From: an uncultured bacterium
GTDB taxonomy: Bacteria > Armatimonadota > DTGP01 > CAYSAW01
Assembly: GCA_964429225.1 (NCBI GenBank)
Contig: CAYSAW010000006.1
Location: 89,559-153,558 of the forward strand
Length of the DNA stretch: 64,000 nucleotides
Direction of reading: 5' to 3'
Within the stretch, counting starts at the first letter, position 1, and each line of letters opens with the position of its first letter. The position numbers were made by a program, and so were the translations under genes. Positions 45,639 through 55,398 of this stretch are shown in pieces. The notes beneath the pieces are model-generated. The model was not told where the DNA came from. It was given only the letters and a program-made list of their open reading frames with translations, and made no database searches.

Positions 45639-47645
45639 TTAGGAACCGCATTTACATTTGCATCGAGAGGGTTCCAAGGTGCTTAAAGGCTCCAGATAGG
45701 CTTCCGTTCTTTTGGCGATTTCTTGGAACCATTCGCCATTGGGAGTTGTGAGGAGAAACCACCAAGCGGAAGGCCGGTAGTGGGTTCTCTCCAACCCTTC
45801 AACGGTGAGAAGGGCATCTCTGACGAGTTCCACTTTGATCCGGTGGGCTTCCAAGTCTAGAGTTTTCATTTGTTCCCGATCTGCTTTAATTTGGGGATCG
45901 GAGAGGAGGCGGTGGCGTTCTTCTCTCAGCTTTTGAATTTGTGCGGAATAATCCCGAATTTGTTGGTGGAGGGCTTGCCATTGGGTATCAAAGACTTTTC
46001 TCCTTTCCTGATGGGATTGGATTTCTCTCCGAAGCGCTTCTGCTTCTGGGGTATGGGATTGTTTTTGAGCCTCTAGTTCCAGCAATCGTTCTCGGAGAGG
46101 CATTACCAAGGCTCTCCAATCCCGGCCCTTCTCTCGAGCGATGGCTTCGGACTCGGCCTTCAGGGCTTTGATCTCCCAAAAGAGGCGGTGGATCTCATCT
46201 TTTAGGGCTTGAAGACGTTTACGAAGCTGGAGGATTCTCTGCCGGCTCTGGGCATATTGCTCTTTCTTGGCAGTCCATTCTTCAGGTATCCAGTTTGCCA
46301 AGAGCTGGATGAGGTCCCAGGGGCTTCGGGCCTCCTTCAGTTGGAGGAGGCGTTGTTGCTGAGATCGCCTTACTTGGCGCCAGGAATGGGCAAACTCTTC
46401 GGAAGTAATTTCTTTCTTACCGAAAGCGCGTGCGAGGTGGGGAGGGAGCCGAAAGAGGGCTTGGGTAGGTCCTACAGCGTCCCAGGTGGGATAGCGTAAG
46501 CGCAGGATGGGGTGAAGAGGGAAAGGAACCCCTCGCTGAGCAAGGGCCTGAGCCATCTTTCGAGTGCGCCATACATAAGAGGAACCAAGTTCGTTAAGAA
46601 CTACAATGAACTCACTGGCCATCATCGCGATCAGGACAACTGCTTTCCCCACCAAGGCGATTGCTTGGCCCAGGTTTTGTTCCAAGATTTCTGCGAGGTC
46701 GCAGACATTGAGGACGTCTTCCCTTGTTTTTAGGTAGAGAGGTTCATCACCAGCGATAACAATCTTTCTAGGGAGAAGGCAGAGAGTGCCGCGTCCATAT
46801 CCGGGGATGACTACATCGAAAGGGAGGGTTCCTGGGCCAAACTTATCGAGGGTGTAAATCTCGGAGCCTGCCACTGCTTCATTATAGCTCTCGCAGTAGA
46901 GGGATCGGGTAGTAGGGTTGAGGAAGCGTTGAAGGAGGAAGAAGCGAGGAGCTCGGCAGGTTTCTCGGTTAAAGCGGAACAGATCGCTGGATAAACCGAT
47001 TCTTACTCCCTCCAAAGGAGCTTGGGTAAGGGATTGGAGGAGGAATTCTGCCAAGTGGAGGTAGAGGTCTGTGAGTTTGGCTTCGGGGTGGGCTTGGGCG
47101 AAATCTTGAACCCTTTGTAAAAATTGCTCGGCCCATTGCCGAGACTTTTCAGGGGAGGGGCCGAGGAGGGATTCCAGGGATGCCTCTAAACCCCAGCGTA
47201 GCAGATCCATCAATCGGGGGAGTACCGCTTTTAGAGGGACTTCTCCTGCCAGCAGGCGTCGGGAGCCAGTGAAAACCAAGCCCCTCCACCCCCAGGCTTC
47301 CGTAATTCGATCAAGAAAGGCGTCGCGCCCTTCGGGGGAGGTCCGGGCCACTTTTTCCACCTGGGCGTTATAAGCGGTTAATTTTTCTCGAGTGGGAAGG
47401 GTTTCGCTCCCGAAGAGTTGGGAGAGTTCTCCGGTGGCTACCCACAAGTCCCGGGTGCTATGGTCGTTATGAGGAAGGATCTCAAACTCATCTTGGCCGG
47501 GATGTCCGGTAGGAGACTTAGAGAAGTAGTCTGTATCCATTACCCCCATCCAAAAGGGGGCGGGGTAACCTACCTCTCGAAGGGGTTCCAGAAGGACTGC
47601 TTTAGTTGGTTCATCCCAGAGGACCGTTTGGCCCAGGGCGACCAA
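45639..47645 (-). CDS. Hypothetical 668-aa protein with long C-terminal coiled-coil
   Basis: Coding-like composition. No recognisable catalytic motif. C-terminal heptad-rich region (…LQLRKRLQALKDEIHRLFWEIKALKAESEAIAREKG…) ends in CKCKCGS. Confidence 0.45.
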   Translation of the reverse strand: MVALGQTVLWDEPTKAVLLEPLREVGYPAPFWMGVMDTDYFSKSPTGHPGQDEFEILPHNDHSTRDLWVATGELSQLFGSETLPTREKLTAYNAQVEKVARTSPEGRDAFLDRITEAWGWRGLVFTGSRRLLAGEVPLKAVLPRLMDLLRWGLEASLESLLGPSPEKSRQWAEQFLQRVQDFAQAHPEAKLTDLYLHLAEFLLQSLTQAPLEGVRIGLSSDLFRFNRETCRAPRFFLLQRFLNPTTRSLYCESYNEAVAGSEIYTLDKFGPGTLPFDVVIPGYGRGTLCLLPRKIVIAGDEPLYLKTREDVLNVCDLAEILEQNLGQAIALVGKAVVLIAMMASEFIVVLNELGSSYVWRTRKMAQALAQRGVPFPLHPILRLRYPTWDAVGPTQALFRLPPHLARAFGKKEITSEEFAHSWRQVRRSQQQRLLQLKEARSPWDLIQLLANWIPEEWTAKKEQYAQSRQRILQLRKRLQALKDEIHRLFWEIKALKAESEAIAREKGRDWRALVMPLRERLLELEAQKQSHTPEAEALRREIQSHQERRKVFDTQWQALHQQIRDYSAQIQKLREERHRLLSDPQIKADREQMKTLDLEAHRIKVELVRDALLTVEGLERTHYRPSAWWFLLTTPNGEWFQEIAKRTEAYLEPLSTLEPSRCKCKCGS

Positions 47646-47952
47646 GGGAGTTGCTCCAAACCGGTGGCGCAGCTCGGTAAGGAGTTCCGCCAGAGATTTA
47701 CAGGCATAGTCTTTAATCGGTGAGTCCCCCCTTGTCTTTTAGGGTTAAAACCACTGATAAGGGTCTTTGTTCTGTCACGATAATACCAGATTCAGGAGGA
47801 TGGAGCAAGTTGTCCTCTTTTTTAGGAGGGAGTCCTTTGTTGGAGGAGAAGCGGGTTAGAAGGGCAAATTTTCCTGAGCTCAAAAAAGAGAGTGAGGGGG
47901 TAGGAGGGGAGCTTGCCCTTTGAGAAATAGAGCTTAAGGAGGTTTCTCTTTT

Positions 47953-48345
47953 GTGATGACGACCCCAGTTTGGCCAACCCATCCCCCGAATTCCTTTCAA
48001 GAGGAGGGAGATCGGTTTGCGCGTTTTCTGAGCATTCTCGTCTTTTTAGGGGGGGTGGGAGGGCTAGGAGTTTGTTTCTATTTTGCTTGGCATATGTTGG
48101 TAGAGGCCTTTACACGCCCCTTGTCCCAGAACCTCGGGGCAGAGGTTTCCGGATGGTTGATTCGTTTGCTCTTGCTCTTGGTAATGGGGTATCTATCTTC
48201 TTCAATGGCGGGGAGAGGGATAGACCTCTATTGGGCCGCGCGGTATAAGGGGGTCTCGGCTTCTCCAGGAACGCGCATTCCCAAGGGCATCCGGGAATCG
48301 ACTCAGGTTCAGGAAGAGAAGGAGGAGGCAAAACAGGAGGGGTAA
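47953..48345 (+). CDS. Possible small 2-TM membrane protein
   Basis: ORF with two hydrophobic helices upstream of the ccoN promoter. It may be spurious. Confidence 0.25.
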   Translation: MMTTPVWPTHPPNSFQEEGDRFARFLSILVFLGGVGGLGVCFYFAWHMLVEAFTRPLSQNLGAEVSGWLIRLLLLLVMGYLSSSMAGRGIDLYWAARYKGVSASPGTRIPKGIRESTQVQEEKEEAKQEG

Positions 48346-48407
48346 GACCGGGAGAAGAGGAAAAAGTATGGTGGTAGAAGAAGAAAATCCTTTTTGATCT
48401 TTTTAGT

Positions 48408-48437
48408 TTGACAAAAATTTCTCAAGTTGCGTAAAAT
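48408..48437 (+). promoter_or_regulatory. Sigma70-like promoter (TTGACA-18-TAAAAT) upstream of ccoN operon
   Basis: TTGACA at 48408-48413, an 18-nt spacer, and TAAAAT at 48432-48437, about 60 nt upstream of the ccoN start. Confidence 0.5.
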
Positions 48438-48496
48438 AGGCAAGGGACAAAGGTCTCCGCCTTAAAAGCAGGGGGCACATTCTATAGGGAGGACCT

Positions 48497-49879
48497 ATGT
48501 GGAAGAGACTCTTTAGCGATGAGGAATATTCTTCAGCCCGGAACTGGCTTTATTCAGCAGCGGGATGGCTTTTAGTTGCTTTTACGATGGCTATTATCCT
48601 GGCCATCAAATTTGTTTATCCCACTTTTTTGGGAGAGCATCCCTGGCTTCAGATGGGTCGGATTCGCCCTATTCACGTGAACACTGCCGCCTTCGGTTTT
48701 CTCTCTATGGGGTTAGTAGGTTCTATCTTCTATATGATTCCCCGGCTGACCGGCGTTCCCTTATATAGTGAGCGGCTGGGGAACTTCACTTGCTGGATTT
48801 GGAACCTGACAATGGTGTTGGCGGTATTGACCTTGGCAACGGGGCATACCGAAGGGCGTGAGTATGCGGAGTTGATTGCTCCTTTAGATTGGCTAGTGCT
48901 TGCTGGGTTGATTGCGATTGCTTATAATGTATTTGGGACCATTGCCCGCAGGCAAGAGAAGCAGTTGTACATCTCCCTTTGGTACTGGATGGGGACGATG
49001 ATTTGGTTTCCCCTGGTTTTTATCATTGGGAATCGCACTTTTGTCCGTTTGTCGGGGTTGAATGACGCTGCGGTGAACTGGTTTTATGGGCACAATGTCC
49101 TCGGCTTATGGTTCACCACCTTAGGGGTGGGAGTAGCTTATTATTTAATCCCGATTATCAGTCGAAATCCCCTCTTCTCTCATAAGCTCTCTCTGATTGG
49201 TTTTTGGACCATTGCGATGGTTTATGCTCCTACCGGAGCTCATCACCTTCTCCAAGCTCCTATTCCCGAATGGTTGAAGAGTGTGGCGATTGTCTCTAGC
49301 TTGCTTCTTCTCATCCCTGTGGCGGCTGCGGTAACCAACTTCCTGGCGACTTGTAAGGGTAAATGGGATGTTGTCCTCAGTAATATCGCCCTGCGTTTTA
49401 CGGTGACGGGAGTGATTTGGTATCTGGTAACCTGTGTGCAGGGGCCTTTGCAAGCCAGCCGGCCAGTAAACTGGTATATTCACTTCAGTAACTGGGTGGT
49501 GGGACACGCTCACGTAGCTTTGCTTGGCTCTTTCGCTTACTTTGTCTGGGGGGCTTTCTATCATATTATTCCGAGAATTACAGGGAAAGACTGGTACAGC
49601 CGGCCTCTTCAGGAAGCTCACTATTGGTTAACCACTTTGGGTTTCTTCTTCTTCTTCTCTGCTTTGACTATTGCGGGGCTCCAACAGGCGGCGATGTGGC
49701 GGGAGAATGTCGGCTTCTTAAAAGTGGTCATCGCAATGAAGCCGATGATGGTTCTCCGGATGTTGTCCGGCGCTGCTATGGTCGTTGGTCAGTATATCTT
49801 TGTGTATAACCTCTATCGAACCGTTACTGCTCGAGCCGAAGTTCCTGAGGAGGCGGTAGCGGTTCCTGCCCGGGCCTAA
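48497..49879 (+). CDS. ccoN: Heme-copper oxidase subunit I, cbb3-type (CcoN-like)
   Basis: Twelve TM helices. His ligands are at canonical HCO positions: helix II RPIHVNT, helix VI WFYGHNVLGLWF, helix VII GAHHLLQ and helix X WVVGHAHVALLG. A CcoO-type subunit follows immediately. Confidence 0.85.
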   Translation: MWKRLFSDEEYSSARNWLYSAAGWLLVAFTMAIILAIKFVYPTFLGEHPWLQMGRIRPIHVNTAAFGFLSMGLVGSIFYMIPRLTGVPLYSERLGNFTCWIWNLTMVLAVLTLATGHTEGREYAELIAPLDWLVLAGLIAIAYNVFGTIARRQEKQLYISLWYWMGTMIWFPLVFIIGNRTFVRLSGLNDAAVNWFYGHNVLGLWFTTLGVGVAYYLIPIISRNPLFSHKLSLIGFWTIAMVYAPTGAHHLLQAPIPEWLKSVAIVSSLLLLIPVAAAVTNFLATCKGKWDVVLSNIALRFTVTGVIWYLVTCVQGPLQASRPVNWYIHFSNWVVGHAHVALLGSFAYFVWGAFYHIIPRITGKDWYSRPLQEAHYWLTTLGFFFFFSALTIAGLQQAAMWRENVGFLKVVIAMKPMMVLRMLSGAAMVVGQYIFVYNLYRTVTARAEVPEEAVAVPARA

Positions 49880-49906
49880 GAAAGAAGGGGAGGCAGTAAA
49901 GAATCT

Positions 49907-50965
49907 ATGACGGGGCCACAAACTTACGGAGTTGGAATTGTTGCTGTTGCGGTACTCTTCGTCCTGATCTATGGATGGATGGTTTATAAGAGTACCCGCC
50001 ATGCTCTCGTTTCGGTGGTCATTATTGGGTCGGTGTTCATCTTTGCCGCGGTCGTTTTTGGAACGATCGTCCTCCCTTATATCACCTTTCAGCCAGCCCC
50101 TTCTCCAGGAATGAGGCCTTACACTCCTTTGGAGCTCATCGGGAGGGATATTTATCGCCGAGAGGGTTGCTGGTATTGCCACAGCCAGTTTACTCGTCCC
50201 CAGGATCGGGACTTCGGTCTTCCTTCGGATGCGGGGGATTATGTTTACGATAGCCCTCACCTATTAGGCACGGAGCGGACAGGGCCTGACCTCTCGAATA
50301 TCGGGGGTAAGTTCCCGGATGAGTGGCACCGGATTCACCATCGGGATCCCCGGGCGGTGCAGCCGGGTTCAATTATGCCCTCCTTTGCTTATCTTGACCG
50401 TGCTTGGGCTTCTCCGGACCCTAATGATAAGCGTTTTTGGATCTACGATCCCAAGGAGGGCCGGATGCGACGAGCCACGGAGCTGGATGCTCTAGTGGCC
50501 TACCTTCAGAGTCTGGGGACGCGGCGGGAGAAGGTTCGTTTGACCACTGAGCCGGAGATTCCCAATGAGTATCGCTTCCAGTATCTTCCCAAAGAGGGGC
50601 GTTATGTGGAGCGGAGGGCACCAGATGCCATCCCCTTTAAGCTCCGGTTCGTGAAGCAGGGTCAAGGAATTTATAATGAGAAGTGTGCTCCGTGCCACGG
50701 ACCTAGGGGTTATGGCAACGGTACCAATGCCCGAGATCTAGTGGTCAAACCTGCTAACTTCCATCTCCCTCAATTTAGAAATTATTCTGAAGCTAAGTGG
50801 TTCTGGAGGATTAGTGAGGGGGTCCCGGGAACGAGAATGCCACCCTGGCAGTTCACTCTGACGGAGGAACAACGATGGTATCTCGTCCGCTGGCTTCAGT
50901 TCCTCTCCGGGTCCTACCGAGACCCTAAAACGGGGGAGCGTGTTCTTATACCACCTAGAGGTTAA
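49907..50965 (+). CDS. ccoO: cbb3 oxidase monoheme subunit CcoO fused to an additional C-terminal monoheme cytochrome c domain
   Basis: N-terminal TM. The FixO/CcoO signature REGCWYCHSQFTRP…GPDLSNIGGKFPDEWHRIHHRDPRAVQPGSIMPSFAYL is present. A second heme site, CAPCHGPRG, lies in the C-terminal 120 aa. Confidence 0.8.
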   Translation: MTGPQTYGVGIVAVAVLFVLIYGWMVYKSTRHALVSVVIIGSVFIFAAVVFGTIVLPYITFQPAPSPGMRPYTPLELIGRDIYRREGCWYCHSQFTRPQDRDFGLPSDAGDYVYDSPHLLGTERTGPDLSNIGGKFPDEWHRIHHRDPRAVQPGSIMPSFAYLDRAWASPDPNDKRFWIYDPKEGRMRRATELDALVAYLQSLGTRREKVRLTTEPEIPNEYRFQYLPKEGRYVERRAPDAIPFKLRFVKQGQGIYNEKCAPCHGPRGYGNGTNARDLVVKPANFHLPQFRNYSEAKWFWRISEGVPGTRMPPWQFTLTEEQRWYLVRWLQFLSGSYRDPKTGERVLIPPRG

Positions 50966-50970
50966 CTCTT

Positions 50971-51246
50971 ATGATCAAGCGATATACTGGTGTGCTCACA
51001 ATGGCCTTGATGAGTGGAGTGGTCAAAGCCCTTGCGGATCGTCCTCCGGAGGTTGCCGATAAGCTGAACTTTGACCCTGGTCCTTCAGTGGTTTTGGTAT
51101 CTAGTATGCTTGGAATCTTTGCGGTGGTGGGAATCGCTGGGTTGTATTGGGCCTACCGTCATGGCCAGTTTAAGGAGGTAGAGGAGGCCAAGTATCGGAT
51201 GCTTGATGTGGAAACCCGTTACCCTGTTAAGAAGACGGGAAGGTGA
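50971..51246 (+). CDS. Small single-TM protein, CcoQ/FixQ-like
   Basis: TM helix VVLVSSMLGIFAVVGIAGLYWAY followed by a charged tail (RHGQFKEVEEAKYRML) resembles FixQ. The true start may be an internal Met. Confidence 0.35.
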   Translation: MIKRYTGVLTMALMSGVVKALADRPPEVADKLNFDPGPSVVLVSSMLGIFAVVGIAGLYWAYRHGQFKEVEEAKYRMLDVETRYPVKKTGR

Positions 51247-51261
51247 CAAGGTGAGTTTTGA

Positions 51262-51552
51262 GTGATTCAAGGAGGTTGCAGGATGGCCGAGGAAAGGAAG
51301 GAATCCCAGGAAGAGCAGAAGAGTAACGGACCTGTTAAGGCAATTAAGCAGGCAGCCGAAGCGATTGAGCAGGAGGTTAAAGGGGAAATTGCTGATGAGG
51401 AGCACCAGATGGGCCCCTTTAAACACCCGGAGTCAGTAATGGTAGCAGGCATCGAGGAGCGGGTAGGAGTTGTTCCTAAATGGTTAGTTTATATCTTTGT
51501 GGGGATCTTGCTGGTTGCTGCTGTTGCGTGGGTGAGGATCTATGGATACTAA
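51262..51552 (+). CDS. Small C-terminally anchored membrane protein
   Basis: Acidic N-terminal region and a single C-terminal TM (WLVYIFVGILLVAAVAWV). It lies within the operon. Confidence 0.3.
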   Translation: MIQGGCRMAEERKESQEEQKSNGPVKAIKQAAEAIEQEVKGEIADEEHQMGPFKHPESVMVAGIEERVGVVPKWLVYIFVGILLVAAVAWVRIYGY

Positions 51553-52639
51553 GATGAGGCAAAAGATATTCTTAGGTTTAGGTTTGTTTCTCCTCTTTGG
51601 ATCTTGGGGGATTCTAGGAGGGTGTAGTTCCCGAACCCAGTTGTCAGTAAAGACAACCGAACAACCTGTCCTCACTAAAGTGTCTCAAGAGCGCTTGTCT
51701 TTCCAAAATCAAGCTGCAGCCAGCCCGGATGTTAAGGAGCTGAGTGCTATTCCTCAGGTCTCTTTGGATCCCGAGAAGGCGAAACATACTCCTTTAGAAC
51801 AACGAGAAGATGGAGAAGCAGTCTACCTCAAGTTTTGCGCTAGTTGTCATGGTTCCAATGGTGAAGGAACTCCTCAGGTTCCTCGCCCTAACTTTAAGGA
51901 CCTCGATTATATGAGGGAGGTTACCCCTTTGGGGTTGTTTAACGCAATTAAATATGGGAAGAAGGTGAACTTCCCTCACTATAAAGGGATTCATCATCGC
52001 CACGAGCAAGAGTTAGCCACGAATCTGGAGGAAGAGATCCTTCCTGAGGGTCGGCATGAGTTTGGGGGAAGAGGTCGGGCCTTACAGGCTCAGAATAAAC
52101 AACCCTTATCCAATCAAGAGATCTGGAATGTAGTGATGTACCTCTTCTTCCAGTCTGCTGCCAAAGATAAGCAGGATGTCTACCGCCAGATCCTTAAACT
52201 GGCTGGTCCGGACAAAGCGAAGGAAGTTTTGAAGCCGGAAAACACTTTTCCTGTGGCTGTAGTGATGTTAATGAGCGCCCAAGGTGCTTTATTTGACCGC
52301 AATTGCTCCGTCTGTCATGGGAAGCGAGGACAAGGAGATGGCAACCTCGCTCGTACCTTGGAGCCGAAGCCGAGAAACTTTACCGATTTTGGTTGGATGG
52401 CTGACAAGTCCCCCAGTCATCTGTTTTACAGTATTACCTTTGGTCGAAGATATACCGCAATGCTGGCTTGGGGAGATCGCTTGGGAAATCACTTCCCTGG
52501 GGATCCCGAACTACCGGGGGATCAGAAGATCCGGGCTCACGATTTATCTTTGACCGATGAGGAGCGGTGGGCCATTGCGAATTATCTCCGAGCTTTTACC
52601 TATGAACCACCTCGAAGGATTGTTGTAGAAGCGCAGTAG
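51542..52639 (+). CDS. Diheme cytochrome c lipoprotein (CcoP-like)
   Basis: Lipoprotein signal with lipobox LGGC. Two CxxCH sites: CASCHGSNGEG and CSVCHGKRGQGDG. Confidence 0.75.
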   Translation: MDTKMRQKIFLGLGLFLLFGSWGILGGCSSRTQLSVKTTEQPVLTKVSQERLSFQNQAAASPDVKELSAIPQVSLDPEKAKHTPLEQREDGEAVYLKFCASCHGSNGEGTPQVPRPNFKDLDYMREVTPLGLFNAIKYGKKVNFPHYKGIHHRHEQELATNLEEEILPEGRHEFGGRGRALQAQNKQPLSNQEIWNVVMYLFFQSAAKDKQDVYRQILKLAGPDKAKEVLKPENTFPVAVVMLMSAQGALFDRNCSVCHGKRGQGDGNLARTLEPKPRNFTDFGWMADKSPSHLFYSITFGRRYTAMLAWGDRLGNHFPGDPELPGDQKIRAHDLSLTDEERWAIANYLRAFTYEPPRRIVVEAQ

Positions 52640-52654
52640 CTCAATGGAGGAGCT

Positions 52655-53353
52655 GTGATGAATAGAAGAACTCTCTTTCTCCGATTTCTCAACTGGGTTG
52701 CTGGTTTACCCGTGGTCGTTGGATTACTGGCAGCTATTTCTCCGATTCTGAGGGTTTTGCGTCCCACTCTGCAACCCTTTCAGTTCAATCAACCCCCGGA
52801 CCCTCCTCCGGGCGAACCTCAGGTTGTAGGGAATATCAGTGAGTTTAAGGAGGTATGGGCTTATAAGTCTTTTTACTTTGTCCAGAGAAACCGGGAGTAC
52901 TCCCCCCGGAGAGTGAATGAGAGTTTGATTGCGGGCTTTGCGGTCCGTTTGCCTCAAGATGTGGCCCAAAAGGCAGGAGATTACATCGCTGCTTCTGCTC
53001 AAAGTCCAGAGCAGAAGGCCACTGCTGAGGCGATCCGTAAGACGGGAGTTATGCTCTTCAGTCGGATTTGCCCTCACTTAGGGTGCAACTTTAATTACTT
53101 CCCTCCGGAGAAGTCGGAGAAGGTACGTGCCGATTACAATTACTCCGGTGCCCAAAGTGACCGGGCCTATTTTGCTTGCCCCTGCCATTTCAGCACGTAT
53201 GACTTAAAGCAGTTCCAGGATGTGTTGGGGCAGATGAAGCTGGGGAAAGTGGTCAACGGCCCTGCCCCTCGTCCTCCTCGTACTTTCACCTTTGAAGTAA
53301 GGGACAACGGAGATATTGTGGTTACAGGAGTGGAGGCTGGCGGTGTTGCGTAA
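52655..53353 (+). CDS. Rieske [2Fe-2S] iron-sulfur protein, TAT-exported
   Basis: Twin-arginine signal MMNRRTLFLRFLNWVAG. Rieske boxes CPHLGC and CPCHFS. Confidence 0.8.
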   Translation: MMNRRTLFLRFLNWVAGLPVVVGLLAAISPILRVLRPTLQPFQFNQPPDPPPGEPQVVGNISEFKEVWAYKSFYFVQRNREYSPRRVNESLIAGFAVRLPQDVAQKAGDYIAASAQSPEQKATAEAIRKTGVMLFSRICPHLGCNFNYFPPEKSEKVRADYNYSGAQSDRAYFACPCHFSTYDLKQFQDVLGQMKLGKVVNGPAPRPPRTFTFEVRDNGDIVVTGVEAGGVA

Positions 53354-54809
53354 ACGAGCTCGAGAATTGTGGGAAACCTTTACTACCTGGTACGCCGAAC
53401 AAGGGGAAAAACTAGACTTATTCGACGAGACCGAAGTAGAACGGCAGAGAGAATCCCCTTGGTTCCTGATGGGACCAATGGCCTATCTCTTCTGGATTGC
53501 TACCATCGTTACCGGTTTCTTTCTGGTGATCTATTATATTCCTACTCCGAGCAGAGCCTGGAATAGCCTAGGGTACATCCAAAATGAGGTTCCCCTAGGA
53601 TGGCTTTTTCGGGGAGTGCATAAATACGCTGCTGATGCCTTTATTATCGCCATCACGATGCGTATCTACCGGATGTACTTCACTGCTGAGTACCGTCGGG
53701 GGAAGCAGCTCACCTGGATAGTGGCTATCCTCCTCTTGGTCTTTGGGATGTTTTCAGGCCTTACAGGGTATCTACTTCAGTGGAATCAACGGGCTTACTG
53801 GGCAACAAAAGTCTTCGGAACTTTCCCTACTTACCTCAATGAGCCTTATATCCCCCATTTGAATATCGGTCGAACCATCTCTTCCATCCTTCTTGGAGGG
53901 CCTGCTATCGGCCCTGCGACCATCACCCGGTGGTATTCCGGCCATTACGCTCTGTCTCTGATCTTGCTCATCCTGGCTGAATTGCATTTCCAGCGGCTGG
54001 GATGCAAACGTTTGAATATGAGCCGGTTCGCTATTTTCATTACCCTTCTGATCCCTACTGCGGTAGCAACAATTATCCCCAGCCCTATGGGCCGTCCTGC
54101 AGACCCTAGCACAACCCCTGAAAGGATTTTCTCTGACTGGTACTTCTTAGCGCTTTACCATACTTATCGAATTATGGATCCCTTCTGGGCCACTTTAATG
54201 ACCGTATTACTGCCTCCGATAGCTTTTGCAGTGGCCTTCCTGGATAGGCGCGGTACTCGCGAACCCTTAGGCCGGCCTTTCGTCTTTCTCTTCGGTTTGC
54301 TCTGTATCTTCTACTGGTTGGGGTTCTCTACTTTGCTTATTATGAACATTGCAGATATTAACCGAAACCCCATCCAGTTTATGACGGTAGCGGCGATGAT
54401 GACCATTGTTGCGGCCCTTTGGCAGGTGGTTCATTCGGCTCGGAGGCCTTGGGAAACCCGGCCTTTCCCAGAGGCGATGGATGGTGTTGTTTTAGCCTCT
54501 TGGTTCCTTTGGGGGGTCAATGTACACCATCTCTTTGAACTGGTGCGGAGAGGGGGCTTCTCTCATTTGGCTCGTTTCCCCAATGATATTGCGATGTTCT
54601 TTGTCCTAGGAACAACCTCCCTTATTCTTTTGGGGTTGTCCCTTTACGATATTCGCCGGGCCAAGAAGGGAGTATCCGCCCCGGAACGCCCTGCTGTTTC
54701 AGCGGAGCCTCCTTCCATCGGTTTGCCCGGCCGTTATGCAATGCTGTATCTGGCTGTCTTCTTCTGTGTTATGTTGATCGCCGGTTTTGGGCTTATCGCG
54801 GAGTTCTGA
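53316..54809 (+). CDS. Cytochrome b (long form, b + subunit IV fused) of a Rieske/cyt b complex
   Basis: GYLLQWNQRAYWATKVFG matches the cyt b PEWY-region neighbourhood. Helix D has H-x13-H (HYALSLILLILAELH). Helix B has H-x13-R (HKYAADAFIIAITMR), so one canonical His is replaced by Arg (codon CGT at 53661-53663). The probable start is GTG 53343 (GGAGG SD), giving an 11-nt overlap with the Rieske gene. Confidence 0.8.
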   Translation: MWLQEWRLAVLRKRARELWETFTTWYAEQGEKLDLFDETEVERQRESPWFLMGPMAYLFWIATIVTGFFLVIYYIPTPSRAWNSLGYIQNEVPLGWLFRGVHKYAADAFIIAITMRIYRMYFTAEYRRGKQLTWIVAILLLVFGMFSGLTGYLLQWNQRAYWATKVFGTFPTYLNEPYIPHLNIGRTISSILLGGPAIGPATITRWYSGHYALSLILLILAELHFQRLGCKRLNMSRFAIFITLLIPTAVATIIPSPMGRPADPSTTPERIFSDWYFLALYHTYRIMDPFWATLMTVLLPPIAFAVAFLDRRGTREPLGRPFVFLFGLLCIFYWLGFSTLLIMNIADINRNPIQFMTVAAMMTIVAALWQVVHSARRPWETRPFPEAMDGVVLASWFLWGVNVHHLFELVRRGGFSHLARFPNDIAMFFVLGTTSLILLGLSLYDIRRAKKGVSAPERPAVSAEPPSIGLPGRYAMLYLAVFFCVMLIAGFGLIAEF

Positions 54810-55095
54810 GGCAAGGATGAGGTTTCGCTATCATTATTGGATCTGCTTTATCATCGCCACTTTATCCCTCAGCCATCTCTTTGCGGTTTATCGGCAGGTA
54901 GTGGAGGGGTCTTCCCCTTTACTCTGGCCCCTCCTCCGAGGGTTGTTGGCCCTGACCTTAATGGTTCTCTGCTTCTTTCTGATGGGCTTAGACCTCTATG
55001 CCCGCGAGAAGAGGAGAGGGCAGATTCAGCATACCCTCTCTTTTTATGAAAAGATTTTAAGTAAACACGATAAAGGGGAGCGTACAAAGGGATGA
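54787..55095 (+). CDS. Small 2-TM membrane protein
   Basis: Hydropathy only. It is within the operon, tightly packed, and overlaps its neighbours. Confidence 0.3.
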   Translation: MGLSRSSEARMRFRYHYWICFIIATLSLSHLFAVYRQVVEGSSPLLWPLLRGLLALTLMVLCFFLMGLDLYAREKRRGQIQHTLSFYEKILSKHDKGERTKG

Positions 55096-55397
55096 AAAGA
55101 GAACCTCCTTGGTTTCGCCAGCTGATGATCTTGTTTTGGGGGCTTTGTTCCCTCTTAAGCCTTGTCCTGGCTCTCTGGATGGCCAAAATTGAACTACAAT
55201 CTGCCTTGCCCCAGGATCCTAGAACTAAAGGAGTGGTGACTAATATCCCCAGCGAACTTCTGCGTCAGCGTCGAGAGCAGTGGCAAAGGAATAGTATTCT
55301 GATAGGAGCCCTTTTTCTGACCTCTGCCTTTGGTATGCTAGCGGTCAAATGGTATGAATATCCCGGGCCTGTAACTCGCCCGGAAGAAGAGTCGTGA
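55092..55397 (+). CDS. Small 2-TM membrane protein
   Basis: Hydropathy only. It overlaps its neighbours by 4 nt and 1 nt. Confidence 0.3.
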   Translation: MKREPPWFRQLMILFWGLCSLLSLVLALWMAKIELQSALPQDPRTKGVVTNIPSELLRQRREQWQRNSILIGALFLTSAFGMLAVKWYEYPGPVTRPEEES

Positions 55398-55398
55398 T

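Noticed and set aside
48346-48496. FNR/Crp-type box (TTGAT-N4-ATCAA) upstream of ccoN
   Set aside because: Only a half-site (TTGATC) is present near 48395. There is no palindromic partner.
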